In this document: positions 11,596 through 26,099 of the stretch, piece by piece | Position numbering within the stretch: position 1 is the stretch's first letter | Layout: every line of letters begins with the position of its first letter | NCBI GenBank assembly: GCA_963575745.1 | Contig: CAUYUJ010000236.1 | Coordinates: forward strand, 1 to 64,000 | Direction of reading: 5' to 3' | DNA from: Prorocentrum cordatum | Lineage: Eukaryota | Length of the DNA: 64,000 bases | Translations under genes and position numbers: made by a program | Notes under the pieces: model-generated | Database searches by the model: none | What the model was told of the DNA's origin: nothing | Seen by the model: the letters and a program-made list of their open reading frames with translations, nothing else

Positions 11596-14500
11596 CCCAG
11601 GGGTATAGATGTGAGTGCGGTGTAACCTTGCGCGTGACCTCTTCCGAAACAGATTTGAAAAAATGATGGGACTGGTTGGACCTTCTTGTTTGGCCGATTT
11701 CGCGAATGTCGAACTCGCGGCTGCTATCGGCATTCCTGACGCGGCCTCGTCGTCCCTGGTACAATCTGGGAACGACGTCGACGTACACCGGCGGGACACC
11801 GTGTGAAACCAGTGAGTCCCAGAAACGGCGGGGTCGATCGAGTCGAAGGCGTACAGAAAAAATCGAGCGTGGCAACCCAAAATGGCGGCCTAACCCTGAG
11901 CTGGGGCCTCTGGCTCTTGGAGCCATAACCAGGATGCATAAAACTAACGGATACACAGTTGACAAATGCATGCGAATATTGAAGCAACGTCGAAAAGTTG
12001 GCAACATGCGCAAGAAAACGATGATACAACACATTAAATTGGCCCCGGGCCCGCAAAGCAGAGCCAACGGCGGCAACGCGAGGACAAGGGTCACCAGCAG
12101 CAGGACAAGTAGCAACAGAAGCAGCTGCGCAGCAGGATTATCAGTAGGACGGCGACGATGGAGAAAGGGTCAAAAAAAAGGAGGAACAGCAACATCAGCA
12201 GCATGGCCAGGCGGAGGAAGGGGGGGGGATGACGACGACGAACACAACAATAATGAGGGATACGAAAAGTCACCAGATTCGGCGGGCCACCAAGAGCAAC
12301 AGGAACAGGACGATGACCTTCTCAAAGGCCTGATCAAGCCCATGGATGTGGGCGCCTCCAGCCTCATCGCCCTCGCGTGGTCCGCGTCGAAGCTCTAGAG
12401 CCACACCGCATCCTCGCAGGACCTGCCCAAACCTCCAAAGAAAAACGGGCGGTCCCGGCTCAGCTCCCAGATCTTCGCCTCCGCGTGGCGGATCTTCCCC
12501 AGCAGTCGCTGGAGACTGCAGATCAACCCGATCGGCCTCCAAGTCCTCCTCCTCCTCCCCCCCCTCCTCCCTCGTCCGCCTTCTCCACCCTCCCTCTTCC
12601 CCCCCACTCCTCCTCCGCCTCCTCCGTCTCCTACCGCAACCCCGCTCATTTTCATTTTCGTCGTCTTCAGGGTCGGCGGCACCGGCAAAAAGGCCTTCGC
12701 AACAAGATGCGTAGTAGGTGGTGGCACGTTGGGGACGTGCGCGCGCAGGTAAAATGTTCTATCGCCGCCAGCAAAGATCGAGTTCACCAAATACCTGATC
12801 GAAGCGCGCACTGAGCATGCGACGTCGCCAAGCTTTGGTCGGTCAAGAATGGCGTTTGGGTTGCGCCCGGGGGCTAAAAGTTCACGTTCCAGCCCGCTCG
12901 GGATTGGGGGGCCCAGAATTGTTGATATGAGGGTGCGAGGGGGAGTGTTTTGACATCAGCTGCTGTTGAAGCACAGGCGTTTTGGCGGGGGGCTGCGGCA
13001 TAATGTTCAACGCCGCACAATTCTGCAATTGGTGTATGAGGTTGGGGCGTGGCGGCCATGGGGGCATAGGGCAAACTGATGCATATAGGGCGGCATTAAG
13101 CATACATGCGTGTACGATCACGCGTTGTATCACTAGTTACTAGTTATCACAATTCTGCGTTTCCAATCGGGCAGTACTGGGACATAGCATTGAACGCATC
13201 ATCTAAATGGTTCAAGAATTGAATGTAACATTGCGCGCGACGCAGCGTCCGATGCTGAAGGGCGCGCAAAAAAAAACGATGACCAAGCATTCGTGCTACT
13301 TACTGCTAAGCCCAGGGCTGACGGTAGCGCAGGACGACCAGTTGCCCAATTGTAGAATCCAGACCTAAGCTGAAGGCAACGCGATAACACAACTGCCCAA
13401 TTGTTGCGTCCAGCCCTCCTCCTCCCCGTCCTCCCTTCCCCGTCCCTCCCGTCCTCCAGAAACCCTCAGGGTTGAATTCAACAAACCATGGGCACAATGT
13501 CCGAAATCCCTCAAGTGGCCCAGCCAGGCCCTGATGCAGGCATACGGCTCCTGCTCGAACATCGCGCGTTCCAAACATGTTCGCCGAAACGCACCACCAT
13601 ACGAAATACTTGGGGGTGTCTTTAACGAAACGAACATCAGGGGGAAAAAACACGGGTCAACGATGCAATCAACTCTTCAAAATTTCGTCAACGATGAGTC
13701 AAATCTCGCAACAAAAAACAAAACACATCAGCTTGTCATTCAACGTTTTCAGAACAACCCAATAATTGTATCAAGCTTTCCGCCAACCAAAAAAGTAAGT
13801 GATTTTATACACGTTTTACCTCACGCTGGTTAAGCCGAATACCACGCCCAGGGCTATACTCGTTGCACTTCTCTGCGATAAGGGTCAACGCGAAGAAGTG
13901 GTCATCGCAAGAATAGCCTGACCAGAAACCCACTTGATCGCATGTCTGTCCTGCAATGAGCATTCCGGATATGGACCCGCAAAATACACGACTAAATAAT
14001 TCATATCATACTGGGATGATGCATATTTGTCGATTGTCCTCTGCCAGCCTCGAATCGCCCTTCTCGAACAAAACTCGCGATGAAGACGCCTTCCAGAACT
14101 CGGGGATCTCGGACCCCGGCCCCGTGACAGCGGTGAGAATATCTGCAATCAAACTGAAGAAGAAGGGATAATGATGAACCCCAAAAAGGACCCCTAATCA
14201 TCTGGGAGGGGACCTAAGTTAGGAGGGTCACTAACATTAGGGTTACTGGGTCGTTGTTGTGCTGCTGATGGGCCCAACTTAACAGCCCAGAATATTCCTA
14301 ATGCAAGGAAGGGGGTCTAAATGACGCCACGTCTTCACTATGCTATTAGGGTGAGGGGTTCTTTTATCTTCGATGAGATAAGGGTAAATCCGCACCAAAG
14401 CGGTCCCCCGACCCTCCCAAATCCATCTGGTGCAGTTTTTCACCCTGAATCCGTTTTTGTCACGGCCCCAGGGCCCGAACGCGGCCCCTGGAGGCCGAAG

Positions 14501-15263
14501 AAGGCAACAATAACAAACAAGCCCCGAGCCCAGAACCAGTGCTGGACCACATCTGGCACAGCAGCCGGCTCCGACCTCGAGAGACGCCTAAAAACCACCT
14601 CGCTGCTCGACCCTCCGACCTCGATCCCGAGGCCCCCTGACCCCCTACGCGCTGCCGCCGGCAATGCGGGGGCGGGCGGCGGCGGGAGGGCGGCCCGCCC
14701 CGCCCGGCCGCTGGAGGGGAGAGGAGCAGGAGGGCAGAGGGAGGGCACCCAGGCAGACGACGACGACGAAGACGCCCATGGCGGCGGCGACGACAGCGAC
14801 GAAGACGACGACGACGACGCCGTCGCTGTCGCCGTCGCCGTGGCCGTCGCCGCCGTCGTGGGCAGCAGGTCTTGCCCCTCTCATACGCGCCAGCGGCGGC
14901 GCCGCTGCGGGGTCGCTGCGCAGGCTACCGCGTCCCGCCGCGGCGGGGTGCCGACGGCCGGAGCTCAGCCCTCCAGCGCCGCGTGAGGGTCCGCGTCCTG
15001 CGGTTGCGCGGGGGGGCACGATGCTACCAGAGAGCTCTCGGGCTGCGGTTGCGCAATTCTTCCGCCTGGCTCCAGGACGCGTCTTGCGACCTCTAGACTC
15101 GAGCCTCGGCGGTCACGGCTCGCAACACATCCGCGCAGTGATGTCTGCGTGCATGCCTGCCTGCACACCTGCAGCAACTCATGCAGATCATGTGCAATCA
15201 CGAGCTGCAGTGGCAACGATGCTCGGCTCAAGTGTTCTACGTATATATATACACAAAAAGCCA

Positions 15264-16500
<1,237 letters not shown>

Positions 16501-18579
16501 AAAACAAAATGACAAATCAACAACAAAAAAACGCCCGCCCGCGCCTGGAGGACGATAATTACTCAGACGCCAGCAGCGCCTGGAAAAGTCAGGGCGGAGG
16601 CTGTGCTCCATGTTCGGCCGCGGGGGGCCCCTGCCGGGGCCCTGGGGCCGTCCAGGAACGGCTCGGGCAGAAGAGCTGGCCCCGGGGAAAGGGTCGGGAC
16701 TCCCGGAGAGGAGGAGGAGGAGGAGGAAAAGAGGACATGTCTGGGAGGCCTCTCCAAACCATCGTTGGGCCGAAGGTGGCCCTCGCCAGGCACTGTGGTG
16801 TATAGAAATCCTTTGCAGATCTGGCGTCACGAGAAAAAAAAAGCGGCCAGTTTTCACCAACCAAACCCTTCGGCTTTGGGCCCTGGGGCTTCGTCAAGCC
16901 ACGACCTGGAGAAAGAGAAGTAAAGTCTGGAGGTCTACGTCACGGGCAAACATGTGACTAGAAACTTGGAGCTAGACGAGAGGAGAAGTGAGGGGGCGAT
17001 TCGGTTCGCCTGCCAACGAATCCCTCACACGGACCACAACGATGCCACTCGTGGGTCATCCGTGGGCCATTCGAGAGCCAGCAGCTGGGTATACGTCATT
17101 TGTGGGCCTCTGGCCTGGTGGGTCATAACCATCCGCGGGCCACTACTGGGCCAGAGCCATTCATGTGGCATGTGGGTGGACGAGTATACTAGGTCATCAG
17201 CGGGGCAGAGTAGTGGGCCGGGGAGATTCGTGGCCCAGTACTGGGCCAGTTGTGTAGAGCGCACTGGAACATGAGCGGGAGGGCCATTGGCGTGGGCGAG
17301 GGTAATATATGGAGCGTTCGGGAACTCTTGGAGGCTCTCGGGGGCCATCCGAGGCTCGCAGAGGTCTCTGTCTGCAAGATCCGAAGCATTCGGCGGTCTT
17401 GGGAGGCTCTCAGAAGCATCTCTTGGCTGAACTTTTCCCTGGCGGGCATTCTTCTCCGAAGCGGGTCCCGCTGGAAGGATCCCGCGAATGTTCCACACGC
17501 TCTCTCCCAGGGGAGGCCATCGGAGGAATCAAGGCGTTGCATTATGATGTGCTCCCGAAGCTTCCAGACGGGACGCAGTCCAAGGTGGAGAAGGGGAAAG
17601 GCTTGTAATCCACCTTCTCCGAGAATTCCTCGGCGACTCAGTCGAACAGCTTGACCACTTTCAATTGACTTCAATTGAAAGCCGGGCATGCTCGCTCGAT
17701 ATCCTGAGTCAAAACGCACACTCGACCATGCTCCCGAACGCTGGGGATCGCGCCGCGCCCGGCTGCCGCGCCGGCAACTCTGCACAGAGCCGAGCGGCCC
17801 CACTCCAGGGCGCTCTCAATCGTGTTCGCAACGCGTCTGCGGAGGCCGCCCGAATGGGGCCAGAGCGAGCTGGGTCAGAAGGCCGCACCGCATCGCCGAT
17901 GCATCGGAGGCGCACCGGCGACGCCGGGGCGGGAGATCGAAGTAGCATCGCCAACGCATCGCCGCTGGTGCATCGGCGACGGGGCGCGGAGGCCCAGCAA
18001 CACTTGGATCGGCGCGGAACCCCGCCCCGCCAAGGCGCGCGGAGCGCGCCGATCAGGGGGACTCGGGCAAGCCTGAAGGGCCCATCATTAAAAATGACGA
18101 GACACGGTCTGAAATTTGACGCGAGCTCCCGCTGCAGACGCCAACCAAAAAAACTAGATCGTCAAAATCCAGGACTCGCTCGTCAAAAAGCCTGGGTCAA
18201 TCAGGCCTTGCAGAATCCTGCAAGACCCTGCAAGCTCCTGCACAGAAAACGGGGTCAAGACGAAGGATCCTGCAAGATCCTGCAGGATTCAGGATCCTGC
18301 ACCCAAGCCCGGGTCAATGCAACCCTGGCCCTGCAGGATCCTGCAAGACCCGGCGCTCTGGCTGACCCCCGTTTGCATTGACCTTCGTCTCTGGAGCTCC
18401 GAAAACGTCGGTAAACCAGAGTTCTGTCGTAGTCGAGCCTTGCGTTTCCCCGAGCCGAGGGTGGCGCCGGAGGCGCCGCCAGGGGCGTTCGAGCGCGGAC
18501 CCAAGAAGTCCGCGCGGAGCTCCGAGAACGGCGTGAGTAAGGCCTCTGACCCTCGACCCCGGAGACGAGGCGGGGCGTA

Positions 18580-18776
18580 AGGGAGGAGGACGAAGGAGGA
18601 GGGAGGAGGAGGAGGAGGAGGAGGAGGGGGAGGAGAAAGATGAGCAAGACAAAGGAGGGGGAGGGACGAGGAGGAGGAGGAGGAGGAGGAGGGGAGGGAA
18701 AAGGGAGGAGGAGAAGGAGGAGGAGGAGGGATGATGATTATCACTGCTGCTGCTGATGATGATGCTGATGATGATA

Positions 18777-18821
<45 letters not shown>

Positions 18822-18905
18822 TTGATGATGATGATGATGCTGCTGATGCTGATGATGCTGATGATGATGATGGGAGGAGGAGGAGGAGGAGGAGGAGGAG
18901 GGGGA
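18580..18905. repeat. (GGA)n/(GAT)n compound microsatellite
   Basis: Direct reading of sequence. Confidence 0.95.
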
Positions 18906-19060
18906 GGCAGTGGCTCTGGACCCAATCGGGGCGGCCTGAACCCTCGCGGCGGCGAGCGACCGGGAGGGCGCCCCGCGGCCGGCGCTGCCCGCGCCGCTGG
19001 GGAGAGAGAGAGGGAGAGAGAGAGATCGCCGCTCGGGCGCGCGCCTCCACGGGTCGAGCA

Positions 19061-19220
19061 TCAGGTCGGGCATGTCCCCCTACGGGCGGATTTTGGACGA
19101 CAAATCAAAAAATATTAAAAAATACCCCAACAATAATCAAATATGGTAAAAAAATCCTCCCTGTACAATGTTTTAACTATTTTTGAGAACTCCTCCTGTA
19201 GAGGGACATGCCCGACTCAA
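19061..19220. mobile_element. MITE copy 3, 160 bp, 8-bp TSD with one mismatch
   Basis: TCAGGTCGGGCATGTCCCCCTACGGG ... CCTGTAGAGGGACATGCCCGACTCAA; GTCGAGCA (19053-19060) and GTCGGGCA (19221-19228). Confidence 0.85.
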
Positions 19221-19553
19221 GTCGGGCAGCAGCAGCAGCAGCTCACTCGCCGGCAGCGGCCTCGGGCGGCAAAGACTGACGGCGGGCCCGGAGCTGCAGG
19301 GGCACGTCGTCGGAGGTCCACTTCGCCAGGTCCTCCCGCCACCGCGCGAGGCGCACGGGCACGCCGGGTCGGCCCGGCACGTGGCCCTCTGTATCGTCCA
19401 GCGCCACGACGAGCGACTCCGCGTGCCAGTCCTTCGGCGGTCGATAACTGCAAAACGCGCGCACACACACGCACACACAAGCACGGGCGCAACAACGAGC
19501 CCAGCCATGGGCAGCTGCGCGAAATGTAAGGGGGGCTTTTCTTCACACACACA

Positions 19554-19598
<45 letters not shown>

Positions 19599-19919
19599 AC
19601 AACATACCACAAAGGCCAACCTCCAGGAGGAAGAAATTTTTGCGAAGGGCAATGTTCGGTTTCCGATCGGCATCCAATCGGATTCGCGATATACCTATCC
19701 ATAGAATGAGCCGATACGTCGATCTGAATAGCTGTCAGACCCTTTATCAAGCTGAAAATCGATACATCGATTTGCACAATTCACAATCAACACACATATA
19801 CATATATGTGTGTATGTGTATATGTGTAAATCTGTATATCCACATGAATATATACTGCATTCACATACGTATGTATGTATACCGACCGAACGCTGAATAA
19901 AGAAACTACAACGCAACCT

Positions 19920-20375
19920 CAATCGGGATAACGATCGGAACAACCATCGGGACTAACATCGGATAACACCCGGGACAACCATCGGGGCAAGCATCGCAAA
20001 CACCATTGGTAGAACTTGCGGGAAATCCATCGGTACAACGATCGAGTCAAGCATCCGGACAACCGTCAGACCAGCCATCGCCGAGACAACCATCGTGACA
20101 ATCATCGGAACAACCATGGGAACAATCATCGACACAACTGTCGGGACCACTATCAGGACAGCCATCGGGACAGCCATCAGGGTAACCACCGGGACAACCA
20201 TCAGGACAACCGTCGGACGGCCATCAGGAAAACAATCGGAACAACCATCGGAACAACCATGGGGACAGCCATCGGGGCAACCATTTGGACAACGGGGACA
20301 CCTAACTGGACAACCGACGGGACAACCATCGCGCCAACCACAAGGACAGCCATCGGGACACCCATCGGGGCAATC
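19920..20375. repeat. 12-bp minisatellite ACAACCATCGGG
   Basis: Direct reading of sequence. Confidence 0.9.
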
Positions 20376-21091
20376 ATAGTGCCTGATCACTCCTCCCACC
20401 CTCGCCCTATCCTCCGCCGCCTCCCCCTTTTTCTCCTCCGCCTCATCTACCTTGCCCTCCCCCACGTCTCCCCATGATCCTCCCGCCCGCTGGAGGGGCG
20501 CACTGGAATCATCGCCTCTCGTCGTTCTCATGGGGGCAAGGTGCCAAAATACTCCGCGCCATCACAGAGCTGCACGGTTCCCCCCGGGACCGTAGGCGAC
20601 CCGAGGACCGGATCGGATCGGAAGCTCGTGGACCACTGCCGAAGGCATCGCGCCGACTGGCCTCGCACCAGAGCAGCACTCAACACATAGGAATCTGAGG
20701 TGGATCGCTACGTACCCCACTGAGACAACGAGTTGGCCTGCTGCGCTCCGCGGGAGCGGCGCAGGCGCGGCTGGGGGCCCAAGCGCGGCGCGCGACCGCC
20801 TGCTGGGACCCAGCACTCAGGCAAGAGGATCACTTCCCTTCCCACGACCCCCGCTCCCACGACCAGACGACCTCCCCCCCCGTGGTCGTCCTCGGCCTGA
20901 GGCAGGCGGCGCGAAAACCACTGGGGTACTAGGCAGGTCAGCACTGGCATAGATCGGGGCCGAAAAAGCGGGCAAAACTTCGCGGTCCTGCAACTCACGG
21001 CAGCGCTGGCTACTGGAAACGGCCTTCGGGACCGCCCGAGACAAACGAGTTTCAACGATGGCCTTCCTTCTTCTCCTCTCATCCTGGGTTC

Positions 21092-21979
21092 CTACTGCTC
21101 GCACTGCTTCGAGCCGATCATGGCCGCTATCTCCCGCGCCAGCGGGCCGCGGGAAGCTGCTCCTGCCGGGAACGCGCCGCCCTCCGCCTGGGTCAATCTC
21201 TCCAGGAGCGGGGCGATCGTTCGCCCGATGTCCGTGGCGGTATCGATGTGCATGTACAGCGTGCGAGTGCGCTTGCCGCCGCCCGTCGGCTGCTTGTGAG
21301 TTTTCGCCCTGAAGCACAGCGCGGCCCTCTGCATCTCCGCCGCCGTCGCGTGCGACAGCTTGTCTGTGAGAAAGCCTTTGAAGGCGACCTGGAGCTTCCT
21401 CAGCTGCTCTTGATTGGGGCCTGCTTCTGGAGTCATCTCGGCGCCGTAGACCAGCGCCCCCGTGCAAACATGAATGCGAGGTGGCCCGCGGGCCTTCCAG
21501 TCGATCTTCTCGCCCTTCTTGGCGCGGGCGTTGTAGTCCCGGCTGGGCTCGTCGCACTGCTGCCCCGCCTTCTGGCGCGCGGCGGCCAAACCCGCGTCGA
21601 TGCACAGCTGGTAGCGGGCGCAGGCGTTGGCGGACAGGTCTGCCGTCTCGCGGGCCACCGCGAAGAGCGGGCGCCCCATCGCCGTCGTCAGCTCCCCGTG
21701 ATCGCCGCCGCCCTTGCCCCCGTGGCGCCCCTGCTTCGGGTCGCTGCCGCCGCTGCCCATGCCTGGCGCGGCCCCCTCCTCCTCGCCTTTCTTGCGCTTG
21801 CTCACGTGCGCGATGCGGCTGCTGAACCGCTCGGGAAGAAGCCCCCCCGTGCCTGGTGCCGCTCCGTTGCCGTGGTCTACCTCCATCGCGGCTGCCGCTG
21901 CGCCCTCCCCTGGCATCTTCTGGTACGTAGGGGGCAACTCTAACTGGAAGGCGCGCGCAAAGATGGCGGCGCAGGTCAA
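21092..21979 (-). CDS. ~295-aa ORF of unknown function immediately 3' of the LINE-B zinc fingers
   Basis: Open, non-repetitive frame with basic/Gly-rich N-part (KRKK, GGKGG), helical-looking middle and a GPP motif; same strand as and abutting LINE-B; true start probably the ATG at MPGEG or MEVD. Confidence 0.5.
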   Translation of the reverse strand: MTCAAIFARAFQLELPPTYQKMPGEGAAAAAMEVDHGNGAAPGTGGLLPERFSSRIAHVSKRKKGEEEGAAPGMGSGGSDPKQGRHGGKGGGDHGELTTAMGRPLFAVARETADLSANACARYQLCIDAGLAAARQKAGQQCDEPSRDYNARAKKGEKIDWKARGPPRIHVCTGALVYGAEMTPEAGPNQEQLRKLQVAFKGFLTDKLSHATAAEMQRAALCFRAKTHKQPTGGGKRTRTLYMHIDTATDIGRTIAPLLERLTQAEGGAFPAGAASRGPLAREIAAMIGSKQCEQ

Positions 21980-24900
21980 TCAGGCTAGAGCCTTCAAGAG
22001 GGCAGCTGAGACATGTTAGCTTTGCGAGCGCGATCAGCTTCCCGAGGGCGCGGGGCCCCGCGGCGATGCAATGTTCCCGTGGTAATGACCCCTGCAAATG
22101 AAGTGAGGCTTTCGCCACGGTCGCGAACGTCTGGTGGCAGCTGATGCACAGGATACTGGGGTAAGGATGCTAAATAGATTTCCGAGATGATGCACTTGCC
22201 GTAGGTGGTTCATGAGGCTACGCCGTGTAGTGAATTTCGCCCCGCATGGTGTGTCCGATCCCTCTACTGTCAGCCGGCAACGAAGCGCCGCATCTTCCTC
22301 CAAAGGAGCAGTGTCCGAGACCGGTACCTTCTGCATGCGATGCCGACTGGGAAACCCAGTGCCAAGTAACGCCTGTCCACCTGTCCAGCTCCACGCCAGC
22401 TCCACGCCAGGTGAGTGACCACAGAGGTCCCTTCTGGCCCACCCTGGGGGTGCCACATGAAGCGAGAATTGACGAGCACGAATCTCCGTGAAATCTATGG
22501 ACTGCAGGTCAGCAGCCCTCTCACGACCCCCCAGTATAACCAAGTCTCCTACTATATCATCTAGGGCACCTGCCTCCAGAATGTCAGCAGCCCACGAGAA
22601 GTCATTGTGCAGTTGCGCAACCCGCAGCGACGAGAGAGGGGCAGGTTGTCCGCGATCCAGCAGGGGTCGGCCCCGCTCAAACTGAGCAGCACCGAGCAGG
22701 GAACATAGCACCTGCCAGTGATATGGTGGATCAAGAGCCCACGCCGGGCACATTCGCAACCAACGTATCTCCATTTCCTCGTCGCCCCCAAGAACTCTCC
22801 AATGTCCCAAGACCTACAGGTTAGTCATGCTAAGGGCGTGGCCCCGTCCAGGTAGTAGCCTCGCCCATCATCGCGATTCTCCCAAGAGACGCCATCGCAT
22901 TATCTAGTCTTGCGCAGTCCGTCGGGGACAGGACGAAGCTCTCGAGGCCGCTGAGGAAGGCCCCCTGGCCGAAACCCGGCAGCAACGCACGCTTCCCCGT
23001 GAGCGGGAACGGAATGCTCCATGCTGCGCCCAAGCTGTGGAACAAGACACGACCGGCCGGAATCCCCCTCGCAGCCCCACTCCTAGCAGAGGACGACATA
23101 GATAAGTATGGTCCGAAGTACCCATCCCCCTCCTTCGGGGCCCCCTCAATCACCAACCCAGTCCCTTCATCATCTCGACGACGCACCAATCGGCGGAGCT
23201 CGCGACGGAAGGCCTGGCTGTTAAAGGCGAAGCGAAACAATCATTCCTGCGTTGACCGATTCTGCCCGTGCCCGATCCCCTGCAAACGCTCGTCTAGTAG
23301 GCTATAGTTCAGGCTCAGCTCGTCTAGGAATTTCTCGAAGGTGGACTCGGGGCTCGCCAAGCAAAACTTCTTAAGGTCGCCGGCGCACTTAAAGTAAACT
23401 TAAATCGCATCGACCCCCCCCCCAAAAAAAAAAATCACGATCACGCCCTTAGCGCAAGGGCCCTCAAGGTCGGAGCCCCAGCGCGGGAACGATGCAACAG
23501 CGAACGGGCCCCCCATAAAACTCCCCTGGTGGGTCTTCAGGTGCGCCGTCTCCCCCCCCCCCATCCAGCTGCGCCGCGGCCTGTCGGCGCCTCTGCTTGC
23601 GCGGCGCCAGGTCCTGGGGCCGGGCGGCGGCGGTCACGACGTTATCGAGGGCCTCCCAGCTGGCACTCCCGAACGCATTAGACATATCCTTGAAACACAT
23701 GGCGCGCGGCCAGCAGCGCGGAGTCTCCACGAAGACACGTTCGCGACCAACGCGGCACTCTCTCGACGTCGGCCCCGTACAAACCCGCGGACGGCACGAG
23801 ACGGGCAGGGCAATGCGACGCGCGCGCCGCGCCTCACCGATAACAGGCAACAGGCGAGTGATTAATTTTCCCGCGGGGCCAACCTTCAAGGATTCACGCA
23901 GTCCTACCCCCGCGCCCCTGTGCCAGCACCAGGGCGAAGTCTCCGCCAATCTCATTTGTTGCCAAGCGAGCCGAAAGCAAACACCAGAACCACGGATCTC
24001 TGGGGCCTTGTCCGAAGTACCGAGACCCCCCCGACGTCGCACTCGCCAGTTGGGATGCAGGGCCATGTGCCGCAGCTCCATGGGGGGGCGTGTCTGGGGG
24101 GAATGGCGCCTTTTGGGGGCCCTGCGCATGCGCCGTCTAATGATCTGCACATCCCCCTTGACAAGGGCGTTGACCTCCTCGCCCGCGCCGTCGCGCGGAA
24201 AGAGCTCAACATCACGATCGCCCTCCAGCTATCCCAATCCTGCTCACTGCACAGCGTGCCACCCTGGGCGCCAGGAAGAGACCAGACCGATAGCCACTCA
24301 ACAACAATGGGTTGGCGAGGGGCGCAGAGTCGACCGTCTCGTTTCTTAGGTCCTACCCGTGCGCGTGCAGCTAGTCGCGAAATCCTCGTCGCCTCCGCCG
24401 TCCTCCTGCGTTCCCTATGCTCCGTAGCCTCCTCGCATAATCGCGCGCGGCGCCGGCGTGGCGCCCTCCGTCGCGCCGCGAAGATCACGATCGATCCGTT
24501 CCGCCTCCTCTCCTGTCGCCCCCTCCTTCCCCGAAGGAATAAGCGCGTTGTCGTGACAGCTCACGTCGACGCTTGCAGTCCAGGGGGTAGGTAGGACAAG
24601 GGGGGGGATGAGGCTGAAAGTGTCTACGACCAGCTTCCAGGATAACAGCCTCTAGAGTTGCGAGGATAGCGCCAGGGCGCCCATGATCACGAAGCCACGC
24701 GAAAAGGCACCGCACGCAGCCCCTCCTGCACCGATTGTAGGAACTCCCAACGTAGGTTGCCTCGCCGAAGTCCGTCCATGAGCAGATCTAAAAATCCAAC
24801 GGTCTCCTGGCGCCAACTTTGACCACCTGTGCCTCCATTGCCCTCGGTAGAAAGTGCATGGCTTTCATGTGGTTCAATTCCATGAGCTCGCGAACACGAT

Positions 24901-25500
24901 GGCCCGCTCCTCGAATGATCCGTTCCTCTGTACAAGTGCCCACTACTGACGTGGGGAGGTCGACCCAACGCTCGCGCTGGCAAGCCCTCCCGACGCCGTC
25001 ATTAAGATCGGCGAAGAACACAAAAGTACACCGCTGGGGTACTTCGTGCAAGACGGAGGCCCACTAGTCGCGCAAGAGAGACACGGCCTTTTTGTTCACG
25101 CTTCTTAGATAGAGGGGGAAAGTAAGCCACCAGCGCGCAAACACCCAAGGGACCTCGTTTAAGTCGCACTGCAAGCCCTTGCCCTGCTGCGCCAACAGGC
25201 GCCCCCCCCCCCCCCCCACCCCCCACGTCTGATACACATCCGACGATCCGAAAAGACCTCCCAAGACGATAGCACACCCACAGCTAGAATTACTATACGG
25301 CAGCAGTCCGCGAGCATGAGGGGCCTCCAACACAAGATTCCCAAAGACGCGTCGCTGTAATGCGGCTGCGCTGCCTAATCGATCCCCCGCTTTGGTTCCG
25401 CACAACATGATGAGATCAAAGTTCCTCCCCTCCAGCGCGATTTCCTCTAATCTCTCACCCGTCGCCCGGGAAGGGGTTGAATCCCAGACATCGCAGCACG
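21950..25500 (-). mobile_element. LINE-B: degenerate non-LTR retrotransposon pol (APE endonuclease, RT, C2H2 fingers)
   Basis: APE-like EEIALEGRNFDLIMLCGT, SNSSCGCAIVL, VAYFPP, FFADLNDG (25.5-25.0 kb); RT-like FKDMSNAFGS, QGSFMGGP, CAGDL (23.7-23.4 kb); fingers CGAKFTTRRSLMNHLRQVH, CISC...LHL, CLSC...RRHL (22.25-21.95 kb); many frameshifts; outer ends not defined. Confidence 0.8.
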
Positions 25501-25693
25501 AGCAGGTGGGGAGGTGATGCGCGGGGACTGCGGGGAGAGAAGGAGCCTCGCCAGCCAGGCCGATTCACGGCGTGGTGGGTCGCCCCCTGCAGGAAACAAA
25601 GAGACCGCGCGACCGCCCGACACATCGCGCCTGAGCCGCGGGGGCTGGCGACCCGACGGGGGGGGGGAGGAGGAGGAGGAGGAGGGGGAGGAG

Positions 25694-25725
<32 letters not shown>

Positions 25726-26099
25726 CGACGACGAGGGGGGGGGGGGGGGGGAGAGGCGAAGGCGAGGAGGAGGAGGGGGAGGGGGGGGGGGAAAAAGAGG
25801 GAGGGGGTGGGGAGATGGAGGGGATGAGGAGGATAAGAAGGAGGGAGGGGAGGGGGATGGAGGAGGAGAAGGGGGAGGAGGAAAAGGGGGAGGGAACAAG
25901 GGAACAAGCCAGGAGGCGCCAGCTAGTCTCCCGCAGGCGCCTCGAAATGACAGGTGGCCCCGTCACCTCGCCCAAGGCGCGTCGGCGCCTAGTCCTCCGG
26001 CGCCAACCACGCGCTGAACTAGTAGACGCATGCAGCGGGGGAAGGGCGACGCGACAGGGGCAGGGGGGGCGGGGGCCAAACAAAATCACTCAACAGGGG

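Noticed and set aside
11875..11890. Partial SL match (GCCATTTTGG on minus strand)
   Set aside because: Only 10 nt and lacks the CTCAAG end; plausible by chance.
11615..14170. Possible decayed transposase or host coding fragments (e.g. ORF 11676..12398, 13306..13653)
   Set aside because: No recognisable motif order; cannot be assigned without a search.
16950..17800. Minus-strand ORFs 17025..17498 and 17189..17803
   Set aside because: No recognisable domain; probably old element debris.
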